Translations under genes and position numbers: made by a program | Shown here: one piece after another, positions 48,772 to 57,983 of the stretch | How the letters are laid out: each line of letters starts with the position of its first letter | Numbering within the stretch: the first letter of the stretch is position 1 | Source: a virus | Taxonomy: Duplodnaviria > Caudoviricetes | Reading direction: 5' to 3' (one strand) | Length of the DNA stretch: 64,000 bases | IMG/VR virus record: IMGVR_UViG_3300021399_000098 | The notes under the pieces: model-generated | The model's database searches: none | Seen by the model: the letters and a program-made list of their open reading frames with translations, nothing else | What the model was told of the DNA's origin: nothing

Positions 48772-48983
48772 GAAAAAATAAATTTTTTTTTCCAGAATTT
48801 TTTCAAACACCCCCACATTGATAAAAATTGGACCACCCACTTGGGAAATGATGAAAAAATTTTTCCAGAATTTATTTAGCAAACTGTGCGACCCATGTAG
48901 CATAAAAAAACCCTCGGTGGGGCCGAGGGTTACATAGGTGGGGGGATGGGTGGGGAGTATGCTCCCCATGCTGTGCCGTGCTG

Positions 48984-49151
48984 TTACTCCTTTTCAATAG
49001 TGTACGTCCGTGAGGGCGTAGTGTAGCAGCGTTCTTTTAAGTAGGCGTTTGCCTCGCGCTTAGTGAGGCCGCTTACTTCTGTGTAGGTGTTTTGTCTGTC
49101 GCGGTAACTCAAATGCACCATGATTTTGTAGGTAGTCTTTTTTCTTGCCAT
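48984..49151 (-). CDS. Small basic hypothetical protein
   Basis: MARKK start downstream of the sigma gene. Confidence 0.5.
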   Translation of the reverse strand: MARKKTTYKIMVHLSYRDRQNTYTEVSGLTKREANAYLKERCYTTPSRTYTIEKE

Positions 49152-49229
49152 AGAGCGTTTTTTTTTAAGTTGTTGGATAGTGTTAAGGTAGTGGGCTGTG
49201 GCGTGTTCCACAGCCCTTTGAGAGAGTTG

Positions 49230-49922
49230 TTAGGCAAGTTGCCGCATCTTTTCCAATGCGGCAATTTTGATTTGCCTAATTCGTTCCTCTGTGCAGTGGT
49301 ACTGCAAAGAAAGTTCGTATTGGGTGTGTTCACGTGTGCCGATACCGAACAGCTTGCAAATGATTTGCTTTTCCCTCTCGTCTAAGCCATTCATTAAGGC
49401 AGTGATAGTGTGACGTGCGGCCTCAACGTCTGTGTGGCTGTCTGTGCGGCTGTCGGCTGCAAAAGTGTCTAACATACACTTTTCATTGCCCTCGTCATCC
49501 CCACCTATAGGGGCATCCATACTGACTGCAATATAGCTGCCTCCGATAGCGTGTTTGGGCATACGGACCACGCGCCCTTTGTTGGTGAGTGCCTCTGTAA
49601 TGGCCTTGCGAATCCACCCCAAAGCACAAGTTGTAAACATTGTGCCGCGTGAAGCGTCATAGCGGTTTACGGCCTCACAAAGGCCGATATTACCCTCTTG
49701 AATGAGGTCCTCTAACGTCAGCCCTTGGCCTTGGTAGCCCTTGGCAATAGAGATAACCAACTTTAAGTTAGCGTTGATTACAGCCTCTTTGTGGCCGTTT
49801 GCGATGGCAGCAACAACTTGGTCGTTATCCATCACCTTATAGCGGTTGCAGTCGCGCATATAGGCGGCAAGTTCTTCACTACGGAAAGTTGTTGTTTCGC
49901 TGAAAATAATAGTCTTTTTCAT
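49230..49922 (-). CDS. RNA polymerase sigma-70 family factor (regions 2-4)
   Basis: NLKLVISIAKGY, DLIQEGNIGL, WIRKAI, ERIRQI; start at MKKTII after the promoter. Confidence 0.9.
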   Translation of the reverse strand: MKKTIIFSETTTFRSEELAAYMRDCNRYKVMDNDQVVAAIANGHKEAVINANLKLVISIAKGYQGQGLTLEDLIQEGNIGLCEAVNRYDASRGTMFTTCALGWIRKAITEALTNKGRVVRMPKHAIGGSYIAVSMDAPIGGDDEGNEKCMLDTFAADSRTDSHTDVEAARHTITALMNGLDEREKQIICKLFGIGTREHTQYELSLQYHCTEERIRQIKIAALEKMRQLA

Positions 49923-50522
49923 TGTCTTTTGGGTTTTGGTGAATACTATTGTTCTGAATTGCGGTGCAAAGGTAATACATTTTTTTGGACCTTGCAAACA
50001 TTTTCTCACTTTTCGGCAAAAAATGCCATTCTCTTGATATAAATCAATTTTTTAACATTTCGGCTACCTTTCTGTATTGTTTTGTTGTTGTTCTGTTATA
50101 TTAGTACATTAATTTTTAGAATTGTTAAATAGACCATTTTAAGCGTTTTAAGCGCGTTTTATGTAGTCGGATGATAAAGTTATCCACAAGTATGAAGAAA
50201 AGCCGTTAAAACGGCTGCAAATGGCCTTAAACGGCTTTATCCGTATTTGTGTGGCTATATGTTTGCGTATATGTGCATGATTCTATCTTTTCTATTGATA
50301 GGCTGCAAAGGTAGCAAAATGTGTTGCACAAAAAGCGAAAAATGTGCAGTTTTATGTTGATTTTGTAAAGGAAATGGAAAAAATAGGCCCCAAATTGCAT
50401 TTTTTTGAAAAAATGTTTGGCCGATTCAAAAAATTGTCGTACCTTTGCAACGTCTTTCAGAGACAAGCGTTCTTTTAGCGAGTGAGACAACACTATTTAT
50501 TAACTTTCAAATCCAACCGAAT

Positions 50523-51140
50523 ATGGAGAGGAATGAAATCATGGCTTTAATTGCCACCGAGTTCGTAAAGGGTGCAGCAAGCACCATAGTAGTTAATAAG
50601 TCAGCCGACAGCGCAATGAATAAGGGGCGTGGGGCGAACACCAACCCTTTCTTGGGTAGGGTGTTGATAGTAAAAACCTATTGCGGTTACGTTATGGGTA
50701 CGGACTATCAAAACTCCATCGAGGCCACCGCAGAGCGCATGGGTAACGATGCAGAGGCCCACCTCAAAAAGGTATGGCACAAGCCTACTGCCCAGTTTGG
50801 TGAATGGTTCAGCACCGACAAGGCCACCGAGAGCAAGGTGTATCTAAAATTGCAGCGCAACGCCAAGCAAGTTGGCTGCAAGACCACTACCACCTACATC
50901 GTGGATGGCCACGAGGCCACCGCTGCCGAGGAAGCTGCCATCACCCTTTGGCTGAAGAAGAAGAACAACACCCAGAGCAGCACCCAAGTGGAAATGGGTA
51001 TCGACAAGGAGCACGAACAGACGTTCATCCTTCCGCAACTTGATACCATCGTCTGCATCAAGCAAGGTGCGCGAGAGGTCTATCCTCAGAGGGAGTTGGC
51101 CGATGCCGAGGCTATGGCTTACGCAGTAGCAGCAGTCTAA
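50523..51140 (+). CDS. Hypothetical early protein (GC-rich codon usage)
   Basis: Own promoter (50415-50450) and terminator (51143-51165). Confidence 0.7.
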   Translation: MERNEIMALIATEFVKGAASTIVVNKSADSAMNKGRGANTNPFLGRVLIVKTYCGYVMGTDYQNSIEATAERMGNDAEAHLKKVWHKPTAQFGEWFSTDKATESKVYLKLQRNAKQVGCKTTTTYIVDGHEATAAEEAAITLWLKKKNNTQSSTQVEMGIDKEHEQTFILPQLDTIVCIKQGAREVYPQRELADAEAMAYAVAAV

Positions 51141-51661
51141 AGAAAGGGGGAGCAATCCCCCTTTTGCTGTTTATGTGGATAGGTGTACTTTTTTAAGTCT
51201 CAAATAGCAAAAATGTTTTGTCAATTCAAAAAAATGTCGTATATTTGCAACGTCAACCAAGGATGGAAGACGTACTTAAATAAGTCTAACAAATAAAAAG
51301 AAAATAATCATGCGTAAGTTGATTTGGTAATTTAGGGAAAATTTAGCCAGTAGGTGCAATAGAAGTAATAAGCCTCGCACAAACGACTGACAATAATGCC
51401 AAGGTCATGTGTAATTAGAGTAACTTATAATCCTACCTCTCTCTAAAGTGCAAGAAGAGTATCTTAATAGTAGTAGAATGGCAGCACAGAGAATAATGCC
51501 TACAAAGGGTTTGGAAGTAACCTATTCAGTGGTGATGATACTATTCCACAATTACAGAGAATTGATTTGGGTTGAAATAAAGTGAATAGTGTGAATTGGT
51601 TGGGTTGGGGCTTCTGCCCCACCCCACCTTAAAAAAACAACCCATCTAACATAGCAATATC

Positions 51662-51874
51662 ATGGCAAAGAGAATAATTTTCAAGTATCAAGTTAAGAGT
51701 GTTCGGCACATGTTTGAACTGAATAGTGTTGAACATTACGAAGTTCGTGAGTTAACTCATGAGTGTGACCCCAACAAGTCAGACAGAGAGAATCTTGATG
51801 ATGCTTTTGTAAAGGCTTGTGACCTTGGCGCAGACCCCAACAAACAAGTAAGATGGAGGTTTATTGAAGAATAG
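51662..51874 (+). CDS. Hypothetical protein
   Basis: 70-aa ORF with A-rich leader. Confidence 0.55.
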   Translation: MAKRIIFKYQVKSVRHMFELNSVEHYEVRELTHECDPNKSDRENLDDAFVKACDLGADPNKQVRWRFIEE

Positions 51875-51909
51875 TCCATAGATGTACTTATTTAAGTCCA
51901 TAGTTATAT

Positions 51910-51981
51910 CGCGGTGGTGGTAGCAATGGTAGCTCGTCAGCCCCATAAGCTGAAGACGTGGTTCGAATCCAACGTCCGCAA
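51910..51981 (+). tRNA. Degenerate tRNA-Met(CAT), initiator-like
   Basis: CGCGG..CCGCA acceptor with C1:A72, GGTAGCTCG, TCAGC-CCCATAA-GCTGA anticodon arm, TTCGAAT T-loop; imperfect stems and no CCA. Confidence 0.65.
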
Positions 51982-52199
51982 CACATATTAATATTATTTC
52001 TTTTATACAATGCTAATTCAGTGGCTTACGTTGTGAAACGTAAGCCATTTTTATTACGCCCTACGATGTACTTAATCAAGTACAGATATATAGTTTATTA
52101 TAGTCTGATAATAAATGCTCTCAGAACGTCTTAAAATAAGAATGGGAAGCATCTGTGTGATGCCTCCCACCCCTATGATGTACTTATTTAAGTCCAAGA

Positions 52200-52505
52200 T
52201 TAGTTTCTGCGTGAACATGCTTCCATCTGTTTCCTCACAGCCTCTTTCCACTCAAGGTACTCCTTACGGCATTGTGCTGCCAACTTATCACGATTCTCCT
52301 TCGTATCAGCGTAGAAGCCATCAAGGTCTTTCATGCGTAGGCGAATCTTAATTCCTTCGCTGTCGATAATGACCATATCCTCTGCCTCATTGACAGAAAG
52401 GATAACACTCTTTGTCACTACATGATGGCACTGCATGTTCAGTCCAATTGACACGGCCTTGCAAGGTAAGGCACACTTAACTCCGTTGATGATTGCTGTT
52501 TCCAT
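52200..52505 (-). CDS. Hypothetical early protein
   Basis: Promoter at 52524. Confidence 0.6.
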   Translation of the reverse strand: METAIINGVKCALPCKAVSIGLNMQCHHVVTKSVILSVNEAEDMVIIDSEGIKIRLRMKDLDGFYADTKENRDKLAAQCRKEYLEWKEAVRKQMEACSRRN

Positions 52506-52591
52506 ATTGTTTAAGTTTCACGTTGCAAATATACGACAAAAAATTGGAATAACCAAATGATTACTCCAATTATTTTCAATTTATTTTAATT

Positions 52592-52744
52592 TTACATTGG
52601 CTCATATTCAATTCTCTCGCCCATTTCTTTTGCGATGCGCTTATACTCTCTCACGCCATCCCAAGGAACATTGGACGTGTCTTTGTAGTTATAGCCGCCA
52701 CTTGTAAACCATCTGACGTAGTATAGTTTCTTTTCTTTTGCCAT
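52592..52744 (-). CDS. 50-aa hypothetical protein
   Basis: MAKEKKLYYVRWF..., below the ORF-track cutoff, in operon. Confidence 0.5.
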   Translation of the reverse strand: MAKEKKLYYVRWFTSGGYNYKDTSNVPWDGVREYKRIAKEMGERIEYEPM

Positions 52745-52748
52745 AGCT

Positions 52749-52979
52749 TTAGTCCTCTTCAAATGTTATTTCCTTGATGCTAACACTGAGGTTCTTGCTG
52801 TCATAATAGCCATTGTCAAGTGCCTCTTCAATCTCTTCCTCGTCTGTCACATCGAACTTTTCTTTCAGAATCTTTGTGAAGTACGCTTCGGCTTTCTCCG
52901 TCTTGTTGAAAGCCTTTTCCTCTGAGGTGTTGAGGTTTTCTGCCTCTATGACCTCTACTAAGATAATTTCTCTGTTCAT
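52749..52979 (-). CDS. Acidic hypothetical protein
   Basis: Start moved to MNREII. Confidence 0.55.
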   Translation of the reverse strand: MNREIILVEVIEAENLNTSEEKAFNKTEKAEAYFTKILKEKFDVTDEEEIEEALDNGYYDSKNLSVSIKEITFEED

Positions 52980-53008
52980 AGTTTGTTTTCCGTATAGAAG
53001 TGGTAGGG

Positions 53009-53269
53009 CTATTTCAGCCCCACCATTGCTTTCAGTTCTTTCTTGATGGCCTTTGCGGTGTCGCCACGCCAAGTGGATGCGTTTGCCAAGAAGTAGAGGA
53101 CAATGCTCTTTGCCGAATCCCATCCGTAGTTGTCCTCAATGGAATCGAGCGTAGCCATTGCGTCAAGGTAAGGCTTTGCACCGAAGTAGGGGTTCTTCCA
53201 ATCGTTGCGGATGTCGCGTGCAATCGCATGGAGAGGTCTGTTCTGAATGTTCTTTGTTATCTTTGCCAT
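53009..53269 (-). CDS. Conserved small phage protein
   Basis: RPLHAIARDIRNDW..AKPYLDAM..YFLANASTWRG, a pattern I recall from many phage early regions. Confidence 0.65.
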   Translation of the reverse strand: MAKITKNIQNRPLHAIARDIRNDWKNPYFGAKPYLDAMATLDSIEDNYGWDSAKSIVLYFLANASTWRGDTAKAIKKELKAMVGLK

Positions 53270-53488
53270 AATTGTTATTTGTTTATTAGTAATTACCTCT
53301 TAACATTCGAGAAATCGCATGATGCCTTTCTCTCTGTTTTAATTCTGCTATCCATTTTTTAAAAGAGTATTCTTCTTCTTTTATTTCTTCCATAATTATT
53401 ATGGATTTAATTGTTTAACTTGTTTCGTGATGCAAATGTACGAAAAAAAACTGAATTGACCAAATCAATCCAGTTTTTTAACATTTAT

Positions 53489-55045
53489 TTAACACTTCTC
53501 GATGTTAGCAGTCAACAAGGCATTTTCTTCCATGTCAACAAATATCAGTTCTTTCCTTGCCCTTGTGATGGCCACATATTTCAAGTTGATTTCTTGTGTC
53601 AACTGCCAAGGCTGTTGCTGCCGCCATGTGAGAGGCAGTTTATTGGGTAACAGAATAAGCACTCTATTTGCTTCAAGTCCTTTGCTCTTATGTGCCGTTG
53701 AGAGCATAATAGCGTTTTCTATCTTATCATCTGTAAACAGCTTGTCAATGTAGTTTTTAAGCTGTCTTGTGTTCTCAATGCTGTATAGGCAAATGTTCTC
53801 AATGCATTTGCATCTGTCCTCTAAATTGAGATACTTCTGTGCTTGTTTGGCCTCTGCCTCTGTGCATTTCCTATCGCTCTTAATGGTAGCTAACATCTTT
53901 TGCTTTTCATTTTTGAGATAGGCCAACACGCTTTCAATGCTATCTGTATTAGCGTTATCAATAAGCATCTTGAGGCTCAAAGCTATATCCTTGCCCTTGA
54001 CAACTGCTGTGATACCATTCTGTATTAACTTCATGCAAAGTCCTACAAGTGGCGCAGACGTTCTACAAAGCACCATGTCGTTGCTCTTAAACAAGCTTGT
54101 GGTGAGTTTATTAACGTGGTCTATTTCTCCGTCTATTGCTCCTTTGTGGGCTTGAATTTGCGGTACGATTTCTTGTGCCAACTTCACCATGTTTGTGCCA
54201 CATCTGTAATTAACTGACAATGGCAATTCAATAGTATTTGGTAGTGATGCAATTTTGTCGAAAGAGGCGCAATCAGCACCAGCGAAACCATTTATGGCTT
54301 GATTTCTGTCACCAACTGCAATAAATCTGCCACCCTTTGCAGCACACAACATCAATTCCCTTTGTGCCATGTTCAAGTCTTGACATTCATCTATAAAGAC
54401 ATACTTGAACGTTGGAATATGCTCCTTATGAAACAATGGCAACACAATCATATCCACAAAGTCTATTGTGAGGTTGCGAGGCATTTCATAAGCGTTTTCA
54501 AGCAGTTCGTTGCACACATCTACTTCATCAAATAACAGAAGCAAATTATGTTCGTCACAAATGGCATTTAACTTGTCTTTTTCGCCATACTGAACAAAAT
54601 TAACCCTTGCAAGGTTAAACAGCTTCTGAACGTTGCAACAGAAACCAAACACCTTTGCAGCTTGTGTCTGTGGAGTAATAATATGCGAAAGAGAATAAAC
54701 ATTCTCCTTAACATACTTCTGATACTTCCAATCATCCACTTTAATTCTCATACCATATTCTGGGTGATTATAGATGCGTTTCAAAATGTCATATCCAAAT
54801 TTGTGCATGGTTGAAACATCTGCAAACCCTTTGAGTTTTGTTTTCAATTCCTCTGCAATTAACTTATTAAATGCAAGGAACTTAACGTCACGTTCATTAA
54901 GATGCAAACGCTTACAAGCTGTAACAATGGTAGTTGTCTTGCCACTACCAGCAACAGCGTTAATGGCAATGTTTTCTGTGCCATTCTCAACGGCCTTAAA
55001 GATGTCAAGTTGATAAGGGGAATATTGTAATCTTACTAATGCCAT
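53489..55045 (-). CDS. Second UvrD-like SF1 helicase
   Basis: AVAGSGKT, IDECQD, VGDRNQ, NYRC, STAHKSKGLE, YVAITRAR. Confidence 0.9.
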   Translation of the reverse strand: MALVRLQYSPYQLDIFKAVENGTENIAINAVAGSGKTTTIVTACKRLHLNERDVKFLAFNKLIAEELKTKLKGFADVSTMHKFGYDILKRIYNHPEYGMRIKVDDWKYQKYVKENVYSLSHIITPQTQAAKVFGFCCNVQKLFNLARVNFVQYGEKDKLNAICDEHNLLLLFDEVDVCNELLENAYEMPRNLTIDFVDMIVLPLFHKEHIPTFKYVFIDECQDLNMAQRELMLCAAKGGRFIAVGDRNQAINGFAGADCASFDKIASLPNTIELPLSVNYRCGTNMVKLAQEIVPQIQAHKGAIDGEIDHVNKLTTSLFKSNDMVLCRTSAPLVGLCMKLIQNGITAVVKGKDIALSLKMLIDNANTDSIESVLAYLKNEKQKMLATIKSDRKCTEAEAKQAQKYLNLEDRCKCIENICLYSIENTRQLKNYIDKLFTDDKIENAIMLSTAHKSKGLEANRVLILLPNKLPLTWRQQQPWQLTQEINLKYVAITRARKELIFVDMEENALLTANIEKC

Positions 55046-55183
55046 AATCTTATTTTGATTTTAACTTTGCAAATATACGACATTCCCATAAACTGACCAA
55101 ATTTTGGGGCATAAAAAATGGAACTACTTTCACAAGCAGCTCCATTTTACATTTATGAACAAAAAACTTAATTGAAAAATAAG

Positions 55184-55298
55184 TTGGTAGAGACAGATTT
55201 GCACTGCCGAAGCCACCGAAGTGACACATCAAGCACGAACTTGATGCCGATTTGTCTACATCTACCCTTGCGGATAGTTCTCCTCTCGTATCTACCAA
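55184..55298 (-). ncRNA. tRNA-like structured RNA
   Basis: 7-bp acceptor, T-arm, UUCG- and GCAA-capped hairpins; downstream of an ORF-less promoter. Confidence 0.55.
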
Positions 55299-55482
55299 AA
55301 GGTGGTTTTTAATAGGTTGTCCACCGCAACCATGTATCTTGTAAGTAAGGCACTTATCGCTATAAGTTTTAAGCTTTGTTTCAACCTCTGAACCTTACTC
55401 AATGTCTATCGTTTCAAAGACAATGCAAAGATATGAAAAAAATTTGAAACCACCAAATAACCTTACGTATTTTAACAATTTT

Positions 55483-55800
55483 TTAGATTTCTATATTCTC
55501 AATCATGTCGCATACATGGGTAATGATGGCAACCCACAGATAGGGCTTCTTCTTCATAACCTCGCCAAGAGAGTAGGAAAATGTCTCTCTATTTTCTTTC
55601 ACAAACCAACACTCAATTTTTAAGTCTGAATTTACTCGCAAACACAATAGGTCAGCATTGCAGCCATAGCTGAAATTGATGCCCTTGCTGAAACAAGATG
55701 GCAACTTGGGGAAATATGTGAATCCCTTTCCAATTTGCTTACCCATAGCAATGACAAACATTACCACAAGTGCTTCAATTTCTATTGATTTAACTTTCAT
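55483..55800 (-). CDS. Hypothetical protein
   Basis: In operon behind promoter 56064. Confidence 0.5.
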   Translation of the reverse strand: MKVKSIEIEALVVMFVIAMGKQIGKGFTYFPKLPSCFSKGINFSYGCNADLLCLRVNSDLKIECWFVKENRETFSYSLGEVMKKKPYLWVAIITHVCDMIENIEI

Positions 55801-55802
55801 AT

Positions 55803-56042
55803 TTATAATTTAATTTTTTCGATTTCAACTTTAGTTTCATCTTTACCTTTGAGGGTTATCAAGAAGCACATATTCCCTCTTACCCACTCCTCTGGAGTTT
55901 TCATATCAAGTGTTCTTTCTCCGCTTAACATAGAATACTCAGCAATGGTTTCGCCATCATACTTCATCAATAGTTTATACTTATGATGGGTTTTGTCAAT
56001 GGCTTTAACCTTTCGTACTAATCTGTTTAATGTAACGCTCAT
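55803..56042 (-). CDS. Hypothetical protein
   Basis: ATG follows the promoter. Confidence 0.55.
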   Translation of the reverse strand: MSVTLNRLVRKVKAIDKTHHKYKLLMKYDGETIAEYSMLSGERTLDMKTPEEWVRGNMCFLITLKGKDETKVEIEKIKL

Positions 56043-56233
56043 ATTTCTTTTTGTTTATTGTAATGCAAAGGTACGAAATTAATTTGAAATAACCAAACAA
56101 TTCCGTACCTTTAACATTTATTCAACGTTTCCGCTTTGGCTGATAAACGCTTGGGGCAGTTACTTCACTTTGGTCTTTAATCAACTGACCATAATCCGTG
56201 TACTGCGTGAAAAAAAATGCTATTGGTTTCATG

Positions 56234-56524
56234 TTAATATGTACTTAAATTGTTTAACTTGTTGTTTGTAATGTCACCATCAAGGTGCTTAATACGCTTC
56301 GGCCAACGTACCTTATTCTCATTGAAAGCGTTATAAACGATGTATGAGAGTGTGTATTGCTCCGTAGCGTTCCAATACTCACTATACAACCACACTTGTG
56401 GATGCTTGTGTGACTTGGTGGGATTGGTGGCGAGAATCTTACCACTTTTACGATTGCGAACCCTACCCAAGTTAGATACCTCATACAAAGGCCTCCAATC
56501 TATTGTTCTCCAAATTTCTTCCAT
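56234..56524 (-). CDS. NUMOD4 + degenerate HNH protein
   Basis: EIWR..YEVSNLGRVRN and HLDG..NNKLNNL. Confidence 0.75.
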   Translation of the reverse strand: MEEIWRTIDWRPLYEVSNLGRVRNRKSGKILATNPTKSHKHPQVWLYSEYWNATEQYTLSYIVYNAFNENKVRWPKRIKHLDGDITNNKLNNLSTY

Positions 56525-56539
56525 ATTATAAGTCTATTT

Positions 56540-56770
56540 TTATGCCCAACGTCTCCAATATTCTTTTGCGCCACTGAAGCCAAAATATTCACGAACTCGA
56601 TGTTGCGTTGCATCGTTGTCTCTCACATAGAATGTGGCTCTCATATCCCACTTTCCACGCTTTTCAACACCATTGTTGAACACTTCACCTATAAGGTTGC
56701 CCTTTGGCGTTTTCCAAATGACGAGCAATGCGCCATCATTTTCTCTTTTAAACATTGAAATCTTTGTCAT
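56540..56770 (-). CDS. Hypothetical protein
   Basis: Promoter and AGGAGA upstream. Confidence 0.6.
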   Translation of the reverse strand: MTKISMFKRENDGALLVIWKTPKGNLIGEVFNNGVEKRGKWDMRATFYVRDNDATQHRVREYFGFSGAKEYWRRWA

Positions 56771-56877
56771 AATTATAATCTCCTTTGTTTGTTAATTACA
56801 TTGCAAATATACGACAAAAAATTGGATTAACCAAATGATTAACCCAATTTCTTCCAGTTATTTACAATATTTAACAT

Positions 56878-57150
56878 TTAACCCCTTGCATTAAGGTCAT
56901 AAGACCGATTGGTCTCTCGCAGATTAACCTTAAACTCACGCAGCGTCTTCTGATAGCCACGCACCTTTTCCCTACCCTTGAAAAGTTCCTTGGAGAGACC
57001 TTGAACCTCTGCATCGCGCTCCTTGTCAGTCCAAATGGGTGTAATCTGCTTACGTAACTCCTTGTTACGCTCTTCACGCTTCTGTAGTGAAATACGGATG
57101 TTCTTCTGTTGAACGCGAATCTCACGCATTTTTTCTAATTCCTTTGCCAT
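56878..57150 (-). CDS. Basic coiled-coil hypothetical protein
   Basis: K/R/E-rich heptads. Confidence 0.55.
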   Translation of the reverse strand: MAKELEKMREIRVQQKNIRISLQKREERNKELRKQITPIWTDKERDAEVQGLSKELFKGREKVRGYQKTLREFKVNLRETNRSYDLNARG

Positions 57151-57171
57151 TGTTTTATTCTGTTTTAATGA

Positions 57172-57633
57172 TTATATTTGTCTTTTTGCAGTTTCAATAG
57201 ATAAAACCTTAATCTTCTCGTCTTTCGGTGTCATTGTATGAACCACTTCAAACTTCAATGAATTAAGGAATTCACGCAACTCTCCAATAGATGTGTCCTT
57301 GGGAACGTCAAGTTTTAGCCATGTGACAACCTCTTGCTCTGTGATGAAACTTCCCTCTCGCAACACTCCCACTTGCTGCAACACATATTCCTCAATCTGC
57401 TTTCTAAAGCACGGAGAAACAAGCATAAAAGCCTCAACGTTCTCATAGGCATATACCCTTGTATAGGTAAACTTATCTGCGTCCTTATGGTATTCAACTT
57501 CAAGATGATAGGTGTCAATGTCTATCATATCACCAAAGATAACAACATAGGTGTCATCATTAAGCCAATATTCGTCTACAACTTCATAGACAACCTCTGG
57601 AATTTTTTTACTTGTAAACTTCTTGTTTGCCAT
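57172..57633 (-). CDS. Hypothetical protein
   Basis: Promoter at 57653. Confidence 0.6.
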   Translation of the reverse strand: MANKKFTSKKIPEVVYEVVDEYWLNDDTYVVIFGDMIDIDTYHLEVEYHKDADKFTYTRVYAYENVEAFMLVSPCFRKQIEEYVLQQVGVLREGSFITEQEVVTWLKLDVPKDTSIGELREFLNSLKFEVVHTMTPKDEKIKVLSIETAKRQI

Positions 57634-57697
57634 ATTCTAATTCTTTTTATGTTGCAAATATACGAAATTTATTTGAATTGACAAAACAAAATTGAAA

Positions 57698-57967
57698 TTA
57701 TTTTAAGGTGAAAAAAATTGTTTCTTCAACTCCAAACTCATATTCAAAAATATTAGCAAACTCATGGTGAGCAATGGCCTTTGCAATATCAGTCTTATGC
57801 TCTACAATGAAATCGTTATGCGAAAACACTTCACCAATGGTTTCAGCTACCTCATTGACAACTTCACTCCCACGTATATCTATCTCACTTGGAATGGCGC
57901 ACAGACTTTCTTTAATGTTTGTGTTAATATCTACATAGTAGATTATCTTAATGTTCTTCTTTTCCAT
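57698..57967 (-). CDS. Hypothetical protein
   Basis: Start at MEKKN. Confidence 0.5.
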   Translation of the reverse strand: MEKKNIKIIYYVDINTNIKESLCAIPSEIDIRGSEVVNEVAETIGEVFSHNDFIVEHKTDIAKAIAHHEFANIFEYEFGVEETIFFTLK

Positions 57968-57983
57968 TATCTTTTTTGTTTTA

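Larger units (their letters stand above)
51185..52194. repeat. Five palindromic GTACTT-N4-AAGT(C/AC) sites
   Basis: Copies at 51185, 51272, 51884, 52068 and 52180, all intergenic. Confidence 0.75.

Noticed and set aside
55050-55298. 82-aa ORF from the track
   Set aside because: It runs through a tRNA-like fold, a terminator-like hairpin and the helicase promoter, so it is better explained as ncRNA.
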